In this document: positions 16,149 through 24,000 of the stretch, piece after piece | Numbering within the stretch: the first letter of the stretch is position 1 | How the letters are laid out: each line of letters starts with the position of its first letter | Origin: Clostridia bacterium | Lineage (GTDB): Bacteria > Bacillota > Clostridia > Caldicoprobacterales > DTU083 | NCBI GenBank assembly: GCA_028696065.1 | Contig: JAQVHT010000007.1 | Coordinates: 20,105-44,104 of the forward strand | Length of the DNA stretch: 24,000 nt | Direction of reading: 5' to 3' | Notes under the pieces: model-generated | Seen by the model: only the letters and a program-made list of their open reading frames with translations | What the model was told of the DNA's origin: nothing | Databases searched by the model: none | Made by a program: the position numbers and the translations under genes

Positions 16149-17382
16149 ATTTATCACCACCATCTTGAATTTCAAACTCTTTATTTAATTTTTCTACTAA
16201 TGCTAAAGCACTTCCATCTTTAAAGCATATATTAATTTTTGACTTCTCTTTTAATGTCTCTATACTATGTATGCTTCTTTCCTGGCTCTCGTCCAGGATA
16301 TAGGTATATCCCCTAGCGATAACAGCTAATGGACTAAGTGCTTGAAGGGCTGCAGTTAAATTTCCTAGGATTTCACCCCTATCTTGTAAATAGGCTCGAC
16401 TAGCTGAGTTTAGCCTTTGAAGGCTTAAATCGTACTCCTGGTTCTTTTGATTTATAATAGATTGAGCTGTGCTTTGGGATAAATGACTAGATAGTCCTTG
16501 TAGTAGTTGCATCTTGCTAGAAAATAAATTGGTCATATTGCTTAGTAGGTCTTTTTTTAATCTTAAAGTTTCATCTATTAGCCTACTAGCTTCTGGCACA
16601 GCAAGCTCTGCTGCTGCAGAAGGTGTGGGTGCTCTGACATCAGCTACGAAATCTACGATTGTATAGTCTGTTTCATGTCCTACAGCTGAAATAACAGGGA
16701 GCTTTGACTCGAAGATAGCCCTGGCTAGTTCTTCTTCGTTAAAGGCCCAAAGTTCCTCGATAGAACCTCCACCTCTACCAGTAATAATAAGGTCTATATC
16801 ATCCCTAGTGTTTGCATACCTAATAGCGCTAGCAATTTGCTTGTGGGCTTGTAAGCCTTGTACTTGAACAGGGATAACCAATATATCTACCCTAGCGTTC
16901 CTGCGTTTAATTACATTTATAATGTCACGAACTGCAGCACCTGTATGTGATGTTATAACAGCTATTTTTCTGGGTAACAAGGGTAGGCTTTTCTTGTGTT
17001 CTGGAGCAAACAAACCCTCTTTGTTTAGTTTTGCTTTTAAGGCTTCATAGGTTAGGTAAAGCTCGCCTAGCCCATCTGCTAGCAAGTCTTGTACATAGAG
17101 TTGGTATTGACCATCTCTTAGAAAAACCGAAGTTGAGCCAAGAGCAATTACCTTCATTCCATCCTTTGGCATAAAGTTTAAATTTAAATTGTTTTGCCTA
17201 AAAAAAACGCATTGTACTCTGGCCTTATCATCCTTAAGAGAGAAATACATATGGCCTGATGAATGAAGCTTAAAGTTAGAAATTTCACCCTTGACCTTGA
17301 CCTGCCTTAGTAAGGGGTCTCTTTCAAGCATTAACTTAACATAGTCGTTTAATTGGTAGACAGAAAGAACTATGTCCTTCAT
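16129..17382 (-). CDS. xseA: Exodeoxyribonuclease VII large subunit
   Basis: VKGEISNFKLHSSGHMYFSLKDDKARVQCVFF, ITSHTGAAVRDIINVIKRR, GRGGGSIEELWAFNEEELARAIFESKLPVISAVGHETDYTIVDFVADVRAPTPSAAAELA. Confidence 0.97.
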   Translation of the reverse strand: MKDIVLSVYQLNDYVKLMLERDPLLRQVKVKGEISNFKLHSSGHMYFSLKDDKARVQCVFFRQNNLNLNFMPKDGMKVIALGSTSVFLRDGQYQLYVQDLLADGLGELYLTYEALKAKLNKEGLFAPEHKKSLPLLPRKIAVITSHTGAAVRDIINVIKRRNARVDILVIPVQVQGLQAHKQIASAIRYANTRDDIDLIITGRGGGSIEELWAFNEEELARAIFESKLPVISAVGHETDYTIVDFVADVRAPTPSAAAELAVPEASRLIDETLRLKKDLLSNMTNLFSSKMQLLQGLSSHLSQSTAQSIINQKNQEYDLSLQRLNSASRAYLQDRGEILGNLTAALQALSPLAVIARGYTYILDESQERSIHSIETLKEKSKINICFKDGSALALVEKLNKEFEIQDGGDKYGWKDK

Positions 17383-18224
17383 TTAATCCCCTCTGCTGCT
17401 GTTAGTGTGTTCTCTAATAACATAGCAATGGTCATAGGGCCTACTCCTCTAGGTACGGGTGTAATATAGCCTGCCTTATCTTTGACATCGTCAAAGTCTA
17501 CATCACCACACAGCTTGCCATCTAATCTGCTAATACCAACATCTATTACAACCGCACCCTCTTTAATATAGCTAGAGTCTACGATCTTAGCTCTGCCAAC
17601 AGCTACTACAAGTATATCAGCTGTCTGTGTGATAGATTTGATGTCCTTAGTCCTTGTATGGACTATAGTAACAGTAGCATTTCTCTTTAAGAGCATTAAT
17701 GCTACAGGTTTGCCTACTATGTTGCTCCTACCTATTATTACTGCATTTTTACCTTCAATCTCATATCCAATATGGTCTAATAGGCGGATAATACCCATAG
17801 GGGTGCATGGTTCTAAGGACTTTTCTCCAGCAAAAAGCTTTCCTCGGTTTATGGGGTGAAAGCCATCTACATCCTTGTTAGGGTCAATTGCAGCAATGAT
17901 TTTATCTTCGTTTATTTGCTCTGGCAAGGGTAGCTGGACCAGTATTCCATGTACACTCCTATCTTCATTTAACTTTTGTATAGTATCTAGTAATTCTTGT
18001 TCACTGGTTTTTTCGCTCATCCTAATAATGTTAGAATCAATACCTACCTCTATGCATGCCCTTTCCTTATTTCGAACGTAAACCTGGGAGGCAGGGTTAT
18101 CCCCTACTAAAATAACGGTTAAACTTGGGTTTATGTTCATTGCTTCCTTCATTTTAGATACCCGTTCTTTTATAGAGGTCCTTATTTCCTCTGCTATCGA
18201 TTTTCCATCAATGATATTAGACAT
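17379..18224 (-). CDS. folD: Bifunctional methylenetetrahydrofolate dehydrogenase/cyclohydrolase
   Basis: VGDNPASQVYVRNKERAC, GILVQLPLPEQI, KDVDGFHPINRGKL, VIGRSNIVGKPVALMLL, GPMTIAMLLENT. Confidence 0.97.
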   Translation of the reverse strand: MSNIIDGKSIAEEIRTSIKERVSKMKEAMNINPSLTVILVGDNPASQVYVRNKERACIEVGIDSNIIRMSEKTSEQELLDTIQKLNEDRSVHGILVQLPLPEQINEDKIIAAIDPNKDVDGFHPINRGKLFAGEKSLEPCTPMGIIRLLDHIGYEIEGKNAVIIGRSNIVGKPVALMLLKRNATVTIVHTRTKDIKSITQTADILVVAVGRAKIVDSSYIKEGAVVIDVGISRLDGKLCGDVDFDDVKDKAGYITPVPRGVGPMTIAMLLENTLTAAEGIK

Positions 18225-18249
18225 TTAAATTCCTCCCTTTGCATATTAG

Positions 18250-19209
18250 TTATACATTACTTGTTTTGTAGATATTTAAACCAATTAAGGCAGTGCCTAA
18301 AGCATTATCCTTAGAAAGCTGTGGATCTGCAAAATATAAAGATAAGCCTTCATTTTTGATTCCAGAGTCAGCCCTTAAGCCCTCTCTTATTATCCTAGAA
18401 GATGATACTCCCCCAACTAAAAGAACATCCCTTGGGTATCCTTTCTTTACCGCATTAATCAGCCATTTTCCAAGAGTTTTAATTAAACTAATATAAACTC
18501 CTCTTGCTATTTTCCTGCTATCTAAGCCCTTGACTATTTGTCTTTGTATATGAGTCTCTGGTCCTGAAAAACTAATATTTAAGTCCTTTACATAGTACTT
18601 AATATCATAGCTTTCTAGTTCATTGTTTGCTAGTTCTTCTAAATGAGGCCCTGATGGAAAGGGAAGTCCTAGGGAAACGCCAATCCTATCTACAAACTGG
18701 CCAGCGTGTAAATCGAGGCTGGAGCCAATCATATCAATGTCAAAGCCATGATTATGGACTCTTACATCTAGTAGTTCAGTTGTACCACCTGATAGATGTA
18801 CAACAAGAAAATGCTTGGCTTTAAAACCACCTAGTCTATACAGGCCAGACATGATATGGTTTTCTTGGTGCGTACTTTCATAATATGGGACATTGTTTAT
18901 GTTTGCTATTACCTGTCCCAAACTTTGTGATAGAACAAATACAGGCATATAGGAATCCTTTTGGGGCCTCGGCTTTACGCTAGAACATACTGCTACTAAT
19001 TCTGGCTTATCAATTGTACTTTTTAGTTCGCTAGTAATTGAGGGTAGATTTTTCAAGTGGTTAAAGATAGCCTTTGATTGTTGTAGGCCTCTTGTCCCAT
19101 CTGCCAGCTCCAAAAGAACCTGCTTATTTAATAAGACCTCACCCTCTAAAGAAACACAAGCCAAAGAACTTGTATAGCAGCTTGTGTCAATACCTAAGAC
19201 ATATTTCAT
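18250..19209 (-). CDS. TsaD/Kae1-like protein (paralog-type, ASKHA fold)
   Basis: YVLGIDTSCYTSSLACVS and ESTHQENHIMSGLY (HxxxH) resemble TsaD, but the protein is shorter (319 aa) and motifs diverge from canonical TsaD (GIETSCDET / HHxEGH). Confidence 0.75.
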   Translation of the reverse strand: MKYVLGIDTSCYTSSLACVSLEGEVLLNKQVLLELADGTRGLQQSKAIFNHLKNLPSITSELKSTIDKPELVAVCSSVKPRPQKDSYMPVFVLSQSLGQVIANINNVPYYESTHQENHIMSGLYRLGGFKAKHFLVVHLSGGTTELLDVRVHNHGFDIDMIGSSLDLHAGQFVDRIGVSLGLPFPSGPHLEELANNELESYDIKYYVKDLNISFSGPETHIQRQIVKGLDSRKIARGVYISLIKTLGKWLINAVKKGYPRDVLLVGGVSSSRIIREGLRADSGIKNEGLSLYFADPQLSKDNALGTALIGLNIYKTSNV

Positions 19210-19628
19210 CTGTCATCCACCATTTTATCCTTATCTTGCCTTATGTATTGCCCTAATACCCCATTTATAAAGGCGCCAGATTTTTCGTTTCCATATTTCT
19301 TAGCTAGCTCTACACCTTCATTTATTGATACACTGTCTGGGATGTCTGACCTATATATTATTTCATATAAGGCTAGCCTTAAAATCGCCAGATCAACCTT
19401 AGATAACCTATCTAAAGTCCAGCCTTTTGTCCTATCTGCAATGATCTTGTTGATTTTATCCATTTGCAGTACAAATCCGTCTAAAATATCTTTTATGTAT
19501 TCTAAATCCCTATCTTCTAATGAAAATTCAAGCGCCAAATCATCCAATGTGACCTGCTTATATTCACCTAGCATATCCCATTGATATAGGATTTTCATAG
19601 CTGCTTCTCTAGCGTCTTTTCTAGCCAT
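19206..19628 (-). CDS. nusB: Transcription antitermination protein NusB
   Basis: ARKDAREAAMKILYQWDMLGE, LSKVDLAILRLALYEIIYRSDIPDSVSINEGVELAKKYGNEKSGAFINGVLG. Confidence 0.96.
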   Translation of the reverse strand: MARKDAREAAMKILYQWDMLGEYKQVTLDDLALEFSLEDRDLEYIKDILDGFVLQMDKINKIIADRTKGWTLDRLSKVDLAILRLALYEIIYRSDIPDSVSINEGVELAKKYGNEKSGAFINGVLGQYIRQDKDKMVDDR

Positions 19629-19677
19629 AATCTTCCTTTATGTCCTCCTATGTGTAAGTATATCAAAGTTAAAAAGC

Positions 19678-19908
19678 TTATTTTCGTAGACCATTTGGTA
19701 GTATCTTGTCCAGAAAAGCAAGAAAGCTTTCCTGCTTATCATGAAGGTTGCCTATCCAATAGCCTATACCTATACAGGCTAGCAAAAAAAGGCTCCTAAA
19801 AAAACCGATTAATAATACAATAATACCAAATAAGAGTCCACACAATATTCCTATTGTCTTTCCTTTATGCTTTGTAAAACAGGATACAACAATTTCTTTA
19901 AGAGTCAT
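19678..19908 (-). CDS. DUF2273-like small membrane protein
   Basis: 76 aa: HKGKTIGILCGLLFGIIVLLIGFFRSLFLLACIGIGYWIGNLHDKQ, between amaP-like and nusB. Confidence 0.75.
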   Translation of the reverse strand: MTLKEIVVSCFTKHKGKTIGILCGLLFGIIVLLIGFFRSLFLLACIGIGYWIGNLHDKQESFLAFLDKILPNGLRK

Positions 19909-19920
19909 TGCTGTACCTCC

Positions 19921-20472
19921 TTATTCAACACGATTTTTTGTAACGGTAACCTGGTTATCAATATAGACATTAACTTCCTTAACGTGAATACCTGAGTATT
20001 CTTCAATGTAGTCTTTTACCTTAGCTTGTATTGCTTGGGTTAGGTCTGGCATCTTAACATCTGGCATTATGTTGACCTTTAGTCTTACCTTTATTCCATC
20101 GGTTTCGGTTAGTATGCTTGTTTTAACATCCTTTACTTCTTCAAAGGTCCTGACTGCCTTTTTTGTTAGACCATCTAAGGTATTTACAGACACCCTTATA
20201 GTACCAAAATCAGTTTGCTTTAGTAATGAACTTGCGGGTTTTCTACCTGCCAGGGTTGATATTATAAGCCTAAGACTGATTAAAATAAATAACAGTGATA
20301 TACCTAGGCTTGCTAGTATAAAGCTTGTATTGTAGTCTATTGACTCAATAGCTCCAGCCAGACTATCTAAAGGAATTAGACCGACTGAAATACCAAGTAG
20401 GCATAGAGAAAAAGCAAAAAAAGTTAAGATATAAAGGGCAAGTAAAATACGATCAAAAAGTCTCATTTTCAC
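19921..20472 (-). CDS. amaP: AmaP-like alkaline shock response membrane anchor protein
   Basis: Two N-terminal TM segments followed by an Asp23-like domain (DGIRVKLRVNIMPDVKMPDLTQAIQAKVKDYIEEYSGIHVKEVNVYIDN-type), next to asp23 and DUF2273. Confidence 0.8.
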   Translation of the reverse strand: MKMRLFDRILLALYILTFFAFSLCLLGISVGLIPLDSLAGAIESIDYNTSFILASLGISLLFILISLRLIISTLAGRKPASSLLKQTDFGTIRVSVNTLDGLTKKAVRTFEEVKDVKTSILTETDGIKVRLKVNIMPDVKMPDLTQAIQAKVKDYIEEYSGIHVKEVNVYIDNQVTVTKNRVE

Positions 20473-20515
20473 TCAAATCTTCCTCTCATCTAAAGTAATA
20501 TTGAAATAATTTAAA

Positions 20516-20542
20516 TTAACCCTCTGAAGATATCAGAGGGTT
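20516..20542 (-). other. Stem-loop between asp23-like and amaP-like genes (attenuator or processing site candidate)
   Basis: Minus strand TTAACCCTCTG-ATATCTT-CAGAGGTTAA: 10-bp helix with one bulged base, 8 nt after the asp23-like stop. No strong poly-T tail. Confidence 0.5.
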
Positions 20543-20549
20543 AACTGCT

Positions 20550-20948
20550 TTACTTGTTCTTAGCCTGTGGTTCATCATCTTTGGACTTTTTTTCTATGTT
20601 TACACCCTGTACATGAATATTTACCTCTACTACATTCAGTCCTGTCATAGTTTCAACAGCTTTTTTGGTATTCTCTTGTATGTTCCAGGCTATTTCAGGT
20701 ATGCGAGCGCCATATTCAACTATTATGTATAGATCAATAGCAACCTCTTTTTCTCCTATCTGAACCTTTACTCCCTTTGACAAGTTCTTTTTGCCTAGCT
20801 TTTCAACTATATCGCCTGCAATGCCACCGCTCATTGCTGCAACTCCTTCTATCTCAGAAGCCGCAAGACCAGCAATAATAGCTACTACCTCATCAGCAAA
20901 AGTTATATTTCCATAATCATGCATTGATGTACTTTCATCGTGTGACAT
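20550..20948 (-). CDS. Asp23/Gls24 family envelope stress protein (YqhY-type)
   Basis: ITFADEVVAIIAGLAASEIEGVAAMSGG...VKVQIGEKEVAIDLYIIVEYGARIPEIAWNIQENTKKAVETMTGLNVVEVNIHVQGV. Confidence 0.93.
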   Translation of the reverse strand: MSHDESTSMHDYGNITFADEVVAIIAGLAASEIEGVAAMSGGIAGDIVEKLGKKNLSKGVKVQIGEKEVAIDLYIIVEYGARIPEIAWNIQENTKKAVETMTGLNVVEVNIHVQGVNIEKKSKDDEPQAKNK

Positions 20949-20999
20949 ATAATCACCTCCTAAAGTTCTTATAAATCCTAAGTGAATTTAATTAATGTT

Positions 21000-21028
21000 A
21001 TTATATCAAATAAAAATCAAATTGACAA
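21000..21028 (-). promoter_or_regulatory. Sigma-A promoter for asp23-amaP-DUF2273(-nusB...) operon
   Basis: TTGTCA (21028-21023), 17-nt spacer, TATAAT (21005-21000), ~50 nt upstream of the asp23-like ATG. Confidence 0.8.
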
Positions 21029-21049
21029 TTATAACAATATTTATACTTC

Positions 21050-21631
21050 TTATTTCCTTGGGAAGATCACTATGTTGTTAGTATCAAACTGAGACTCTCG
21101 TTTTACTATTTCTAGTATCTGTGCTAGCTCTTCAGTAGTTAACTCTTGCTTTTCTACAATTATATTAATATTGTTCTTATGCATAATAGCAATAACCTCA
21201 TTGAAGCCCTTGGCCTTTAATAGGTTCTCTATAACTGTTTCTGTCTCCATATTTGAAGCTAACTCTAGTAATTGGGCATGGGCTTCTTTTTCTATATCTG
21301 CATCTACTTCTTGGTCATTAATAACTGTATTTATATACTCTATCTCTTTGTTTCTGTTTTTTTCTCTTTCAAACCTGTAATCAACAAAGAAATTCGTTCC
21401 CGCTACTTCTTGGGAAGATTTTTCTGTACCAGTATTGCCTTCTGTATCTTTAACCTTTACACTACCCTCTATAGTATTGCTGGTTAATGGATCATCAACA
21501 CCTTTCTTTTTATTGTCAACCTGGTTGGCGTTTTTATTGTATATGAGATTGAGGTAGCCTGTTATTATCAAAAGCATGACTAGCAGGCCTATTATTATAC
21601 TTTTTTTCTTAATCATAAACATAAGATTCAC
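21050..21631 (-). CDS. spoIIIAH: Stage III sporulation protein AH
   Basis: N-terminal TM and C-terminal LLELASNMETETVIENLLKAKGFNEVIAIMHKNNINIIVEKQELTTEELAQILEIVKRES. Follows spoIIIAG. Confidence 0.92.
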   Translation of the reverse strand: MNLMFMIKKKSIIIGLLVMLLIITGYLNLIYNKNANQVDNKKKGVDDPLTSNTIEGSVKVKDTEGNTGTEKSSQEVAGTNFFVDYRFEREKNRNKEIEYINTVINDQEVDADIEKEAHAQLLELASNMETETVIENLLKAKGFNEVIAIMHKNNINIIVEKQELTTEELAQILEIVKRESQFDTNNIVIFPRK

Positions 21632-22233
21632 TCCTTTGTCCTCTTTGTCTCCATGGGAAAAACCTCAACTTGGTTTGCATTAATACCAAGTAGAGTTTGT
21701 ACAGCATTTTGTAACTCTAATCTGACCTTGATATCTTCTGCCCCTTCTGCCACTACTATTACACCTTGGATTTCAGGCTCAATTTCCTTTGTGATTAGGG
21801 CCTGGCTCCCTTGGGATGTTGACATACTAACAGGTTGAGAGTTGATATCGAGTTGCTTTGTTATTCTCTTACCCCCATTGTTGTCAGACTCCTCTGTCTG
21901 AGTGCTTGACTCTGTAGAGTTCATAGCTGGGACAATCTCTTTGCTAGACTTATAAGCGATCATTACTTCAACTGCACCCGCCCCCTTAATAGCTGACAGC
22001 AAGTCCTTTAAACGTTCTTCCTTGTTATAATCTATGCTTTGTTCTTGGCTTAACTTGCTGGGTTCAACATCTTGAACCTTAATACTAGCCTTGTCTTTGT
22101 TGCTAGTAAAAATATTTCCGACCATACTTAATACTATAGCTATGGCCAAAATCAAAATAAAATACTCAATATGCTTTACATTTTTAATCTTTTCATATAT
22201 TGATTTTAAACTAGTTTTCTCCATAATAACCAA
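21628..22233 (-). CDS. spoIIIAG: Stage III sporulation protein AG
   Basis: TM plus YNKEERLKDLLSAIKGAGAVEVMIAY...EIQGVIVVAEGAEDIKVRLELQNAVQTLLGINANQVEVFPM. Confidence 0.93.
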   Translation of the reverse strand: MVIMEKTSLKSIYEKIKNVKHIEYFILILAIAIVLSMVGNIFTSNKDKASIKVQDVEPSKLSQEQSIDYNKEERLKDLLSAIKGAGAVEVMIAYKSSKEIVPAMNSTESSTQTEESDNNGGKRITKQLDINSQPVSMSTSQGSQALITKEIEPEIQGVIVVAEGAEDIKVRLELQNAVQTLLGINANQVEVFPMETKRTKE

Positions 22234-22240
22234 CCCTACC

Positions 22241-22834
22241 TTACCTGAAGTTTATGCTTATAAGTTCATTATCCATATCATAAAGTTCCCTAAGAAAGTT
22301 CTTAATTGATTTGATTTCTTTATCATTAAATAGACTAGCTACACTCTTGCTTTGACCTTGTAGATTAATTATTATTGGTTCAATACTTTCTGTATTATTT
22401 TGCTTTTCAGTTAATATATCAATAGAGTATATTTTTTTACTACTTTGCCTGTCATCATCATTATAAAAGCTTAAATTTACCTCTGTGTTCTTTAAGTTAA
22501 ATGCAGCGTTTAGGTTACTTGCAATACTAGCTTCTAGATTTTGCTTGTATATCTTATCTATTTGCTTATCTTGATCCATTTTATAGTGCTCTGTTTGTTT
22601 TACTAATAAACTTTCCTCTATTCTAACACCATCCAATAAGACTAAGTTACTAAGGTCCTCTCCGCTTGAAACAATATTGAGGATGGGTTTTAATATTACT
22701 AGGACAAGGATCAAGCCAAAAACAAATTTACTATACTTTCTATAGTTGCTTTTTGGCATAATTATATCAACTATAACACCTATAATTACAATTACTGATA
22801 AATTGCTAACTAAGCTTTTAATTGAATCTAGCAT
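22241..22834 (-). CDS. spoIIIAF: Stage III sporulation protein AF
   Basis: N-terminal two-TM region with IIVDIIMPKSNYRKYSKFVFGLILVLVILKPI, between spoIIIAE and spoIIIAG. Confidence 0.92.
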   Translation of the reverse strand: MLDSIKSLVSNLSVIVIIGVIVDIIMPKSNYRKYSKFVFGLILVLVILKPILNIVSSGEDLSNLVLLDGVRIEESLLVKQTEHYKMDQDKQIDKIYKQNLEASIASNLNAAFNLKNTEVNLSFYNDDDRQSSKKIYSIDILTEKQNNTESIEPIIINLQGQSKSVASLFNDKEIKSIKNFLRELYDMDNELISINFR

Positions 22835-22845
22835 CTTACTACCAC

Positions 22846-24000
22846 CTATGCACTTATAATGTTTCCGGACCCTATTATCAAGCTAATAGTCATATAGAAT
22901 AATATAGCTATTCCTACTACAGTTATAAAGAGTACAACTAATAAATTTCCCATATTATTAAGACATTCTACTAACCTCTTGTCCGAGATCGGTTCAATAA
23001 GAGCACTTGATAGCTTAAAAGTAACTAGTAAAGCCAGTATCTTAAGGGCTGGTACTAAAGCAATTAAACCGATTATTAAAAGTCCTGATACACCAACTGC
23101 GTTTTTTACCAACAATGAGCAACCTATCACAGTATCTACGGATTGAGAAAACAATTTCCCCATTATTGGTACAAAGCTATCTATTGCAAACTTTGCAGTC
23201 CTTATCGACAAACTATCAAAGGAAGAGGACATTACACCCTGTATTGTTAGAACACCTAAGAATATTGTAAAGGTACCTGTTATAATCCAAATACAAGAGT
23301 TCTTAAGAAGACTGCTCAGCTTTTTTAGTTTTTCCTCTTCACCTAGGTGGTTTATTAATATGACTACTGCTGTTGTTGATATTAAGGGTAGCATTATGTT
23401 TTTAAGTAGTGTTGATACACTAGCTATTAGGATTCCAACACTGGGCTGTAGTATTGTAGATGTAGTTAAATTGCCTAGTGCAGCTAATAGCCCAATAAGT
23501 AATGGATATAATATTTGCATAAAGCCTACCATCTTCTCTATCCCATCACTAGCAACTGATATTATCTTTATAAGGTTTTGGACAATCAATATCATTGCAC
23601 TACTATAGCAAACAAAATAACCAATCTCTCCTATTGAATCACTAGCAAAAGATCCTTTTAGGTTAGAAAATAAGCTACATATAATAGCGATTACTATTAT
23701 CTTTGCTAAAAGCGAAAAATTTGCAGTTAAACTTTTAACCAAGCCAGCCAGGATTTCTTTCAAGAGGTCTTCTGCAGAAAAAGATAGCTTACCAGTTAAA
23801 AGGCCTGATATAATCTCGAGGGGAGTCTGATCCTTTGTAATGAAAGAACCTTCATCTTCGATATAGCTTAAATAAGGCTCCCATTCATTAGTATTAATAT
23901 TACTTAGCTGTTCACTTATTAATGCCTCAAACTCAGAACGTAAGTCTTTATATGAAGACTCTGCTTCATAAGCATTCGCTACAGGTATACTCATAAATAT
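22846..24000 (-). CDS. spoIIIAE: Stage III sporulation protein AE, N-terminus truncated by the right window edge
   Basis: Multi-TM protein with IGEIGYFVCYSSAMILIVQNLIKI, FMQILYPLLIGLLAALGNLTTS, SVDTVIGCSLLVKNAVGVSGLLIIGLIALVPALKI. Frame stays open past ATG 23994 (…IFMSIPVANAYEAES), which looks like the end of a signal peptide, so the true start is beyond 24000. Confidence 0.94.
   Translation of the reverse strand: MFMSIPVANAYEAESSYKDLRSEFEALISEQLSNINTNEWEPYLSYIEDEGSFITKDQTPLEIISGLLTGKLSFSAEDLLKEILAGLVKSLTANFSLLAKIIVIAIICSLFSNLKGSFASDSIGEIGYFVCYSSAMILIVQNLIKIISVASDGIEKMVGFMQILYPLLIGLLAALGNLTTSTILQPSVGILIASVSTLLKNIMLPLISTTAVVILINHLGEEEKLKKLSSLLKNSCIWIITGTFTIFLGVLTIQGVMSSSFDSLSIRTAKFAIDSFVPIMGKLFSQSVDTVIGCSLLVKNAVGVSGLLIIGLIALVPALKILALLVTFKLSSALIEPISDKRLVECLNNMGNLLVVLFITVVGIAILFYMTISLIIGSGNIISA

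Noticed and set aside
3571-19584. Plus-strand ORFs in the track (for example 3571-3765, 8824-9096, 11141-11527, 13023-13325, 19243-19584)
   Set aside because: All lie antisense within well-recognised minus-strand genes, have low-complexity or shadow-like compositions and no recognisable domains. Treated as antisense ORF shadows.
1-24000. CRISPR arrays, tRNA/rRNA genes, prophage or defence islands
   Set aside because: No regularly spaced repeats, tRNA cloverleaf sequences, integrases/transposases or nuclease/defence-like ORFs were seen. Outside the OLE locus and the ste/glycan cluster, the region is conserved core genome.

Overview
This window comes from a low-GC, endospore-forming Firmicute (Clostridia-like). 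Nearly all genes lie on the minus strand. Minus-strand order, read from the right edge to the left edge: spoIIIAE (truncated at the right edge), spoIIIAF, spoIIIAG, spoIIIAH, asp23-like, amaP-like, DUF2273-like, nusB, a TsaD/Kae1-like paralog, folD, xseA, xseB, ispA, a ~570-nt non-coding element, an OapA-like membrane protein, dxs, tlyA, nadK, argR, recN, spoIVB, spo0A, then a SteA-like / SteB-like / GT2 glycosyltransferase / MraY-like / DUF3866-like cluster, and spoIIM (truncated at the left edge). The standout feature is the non-coding element between ispA and dxs. It lacks ORFs and is locally GC-rich. It is preceded by a near-consensus sigma-A promoter (TTGAAA-N17-TATAAT), and its two ends can pair in a 14-bp helix (UCCGAUG-CU-ACAGUAU with AUAUUGU-CAUCGGA). 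It sits directly upstream of a four-TM-type protein in the ispA-[RNA]-oapA-dxs context. This matches the OLE (ornate, large, extremophilic) RNA, a described but mechanistically puzzling large bacterial RNA. The second item is the envelope-glycan-like cluster between spo0A and spoIIM, whose role appears not to be characterised. Regulatory signals visible by eye include a sigma-H-type promoter overlapping a 0A box at spo0A, a sigma-A promoter at asp23, and two intrinsic terminators. Plus-strand ORFs in the supplied track look like antisense shadows.
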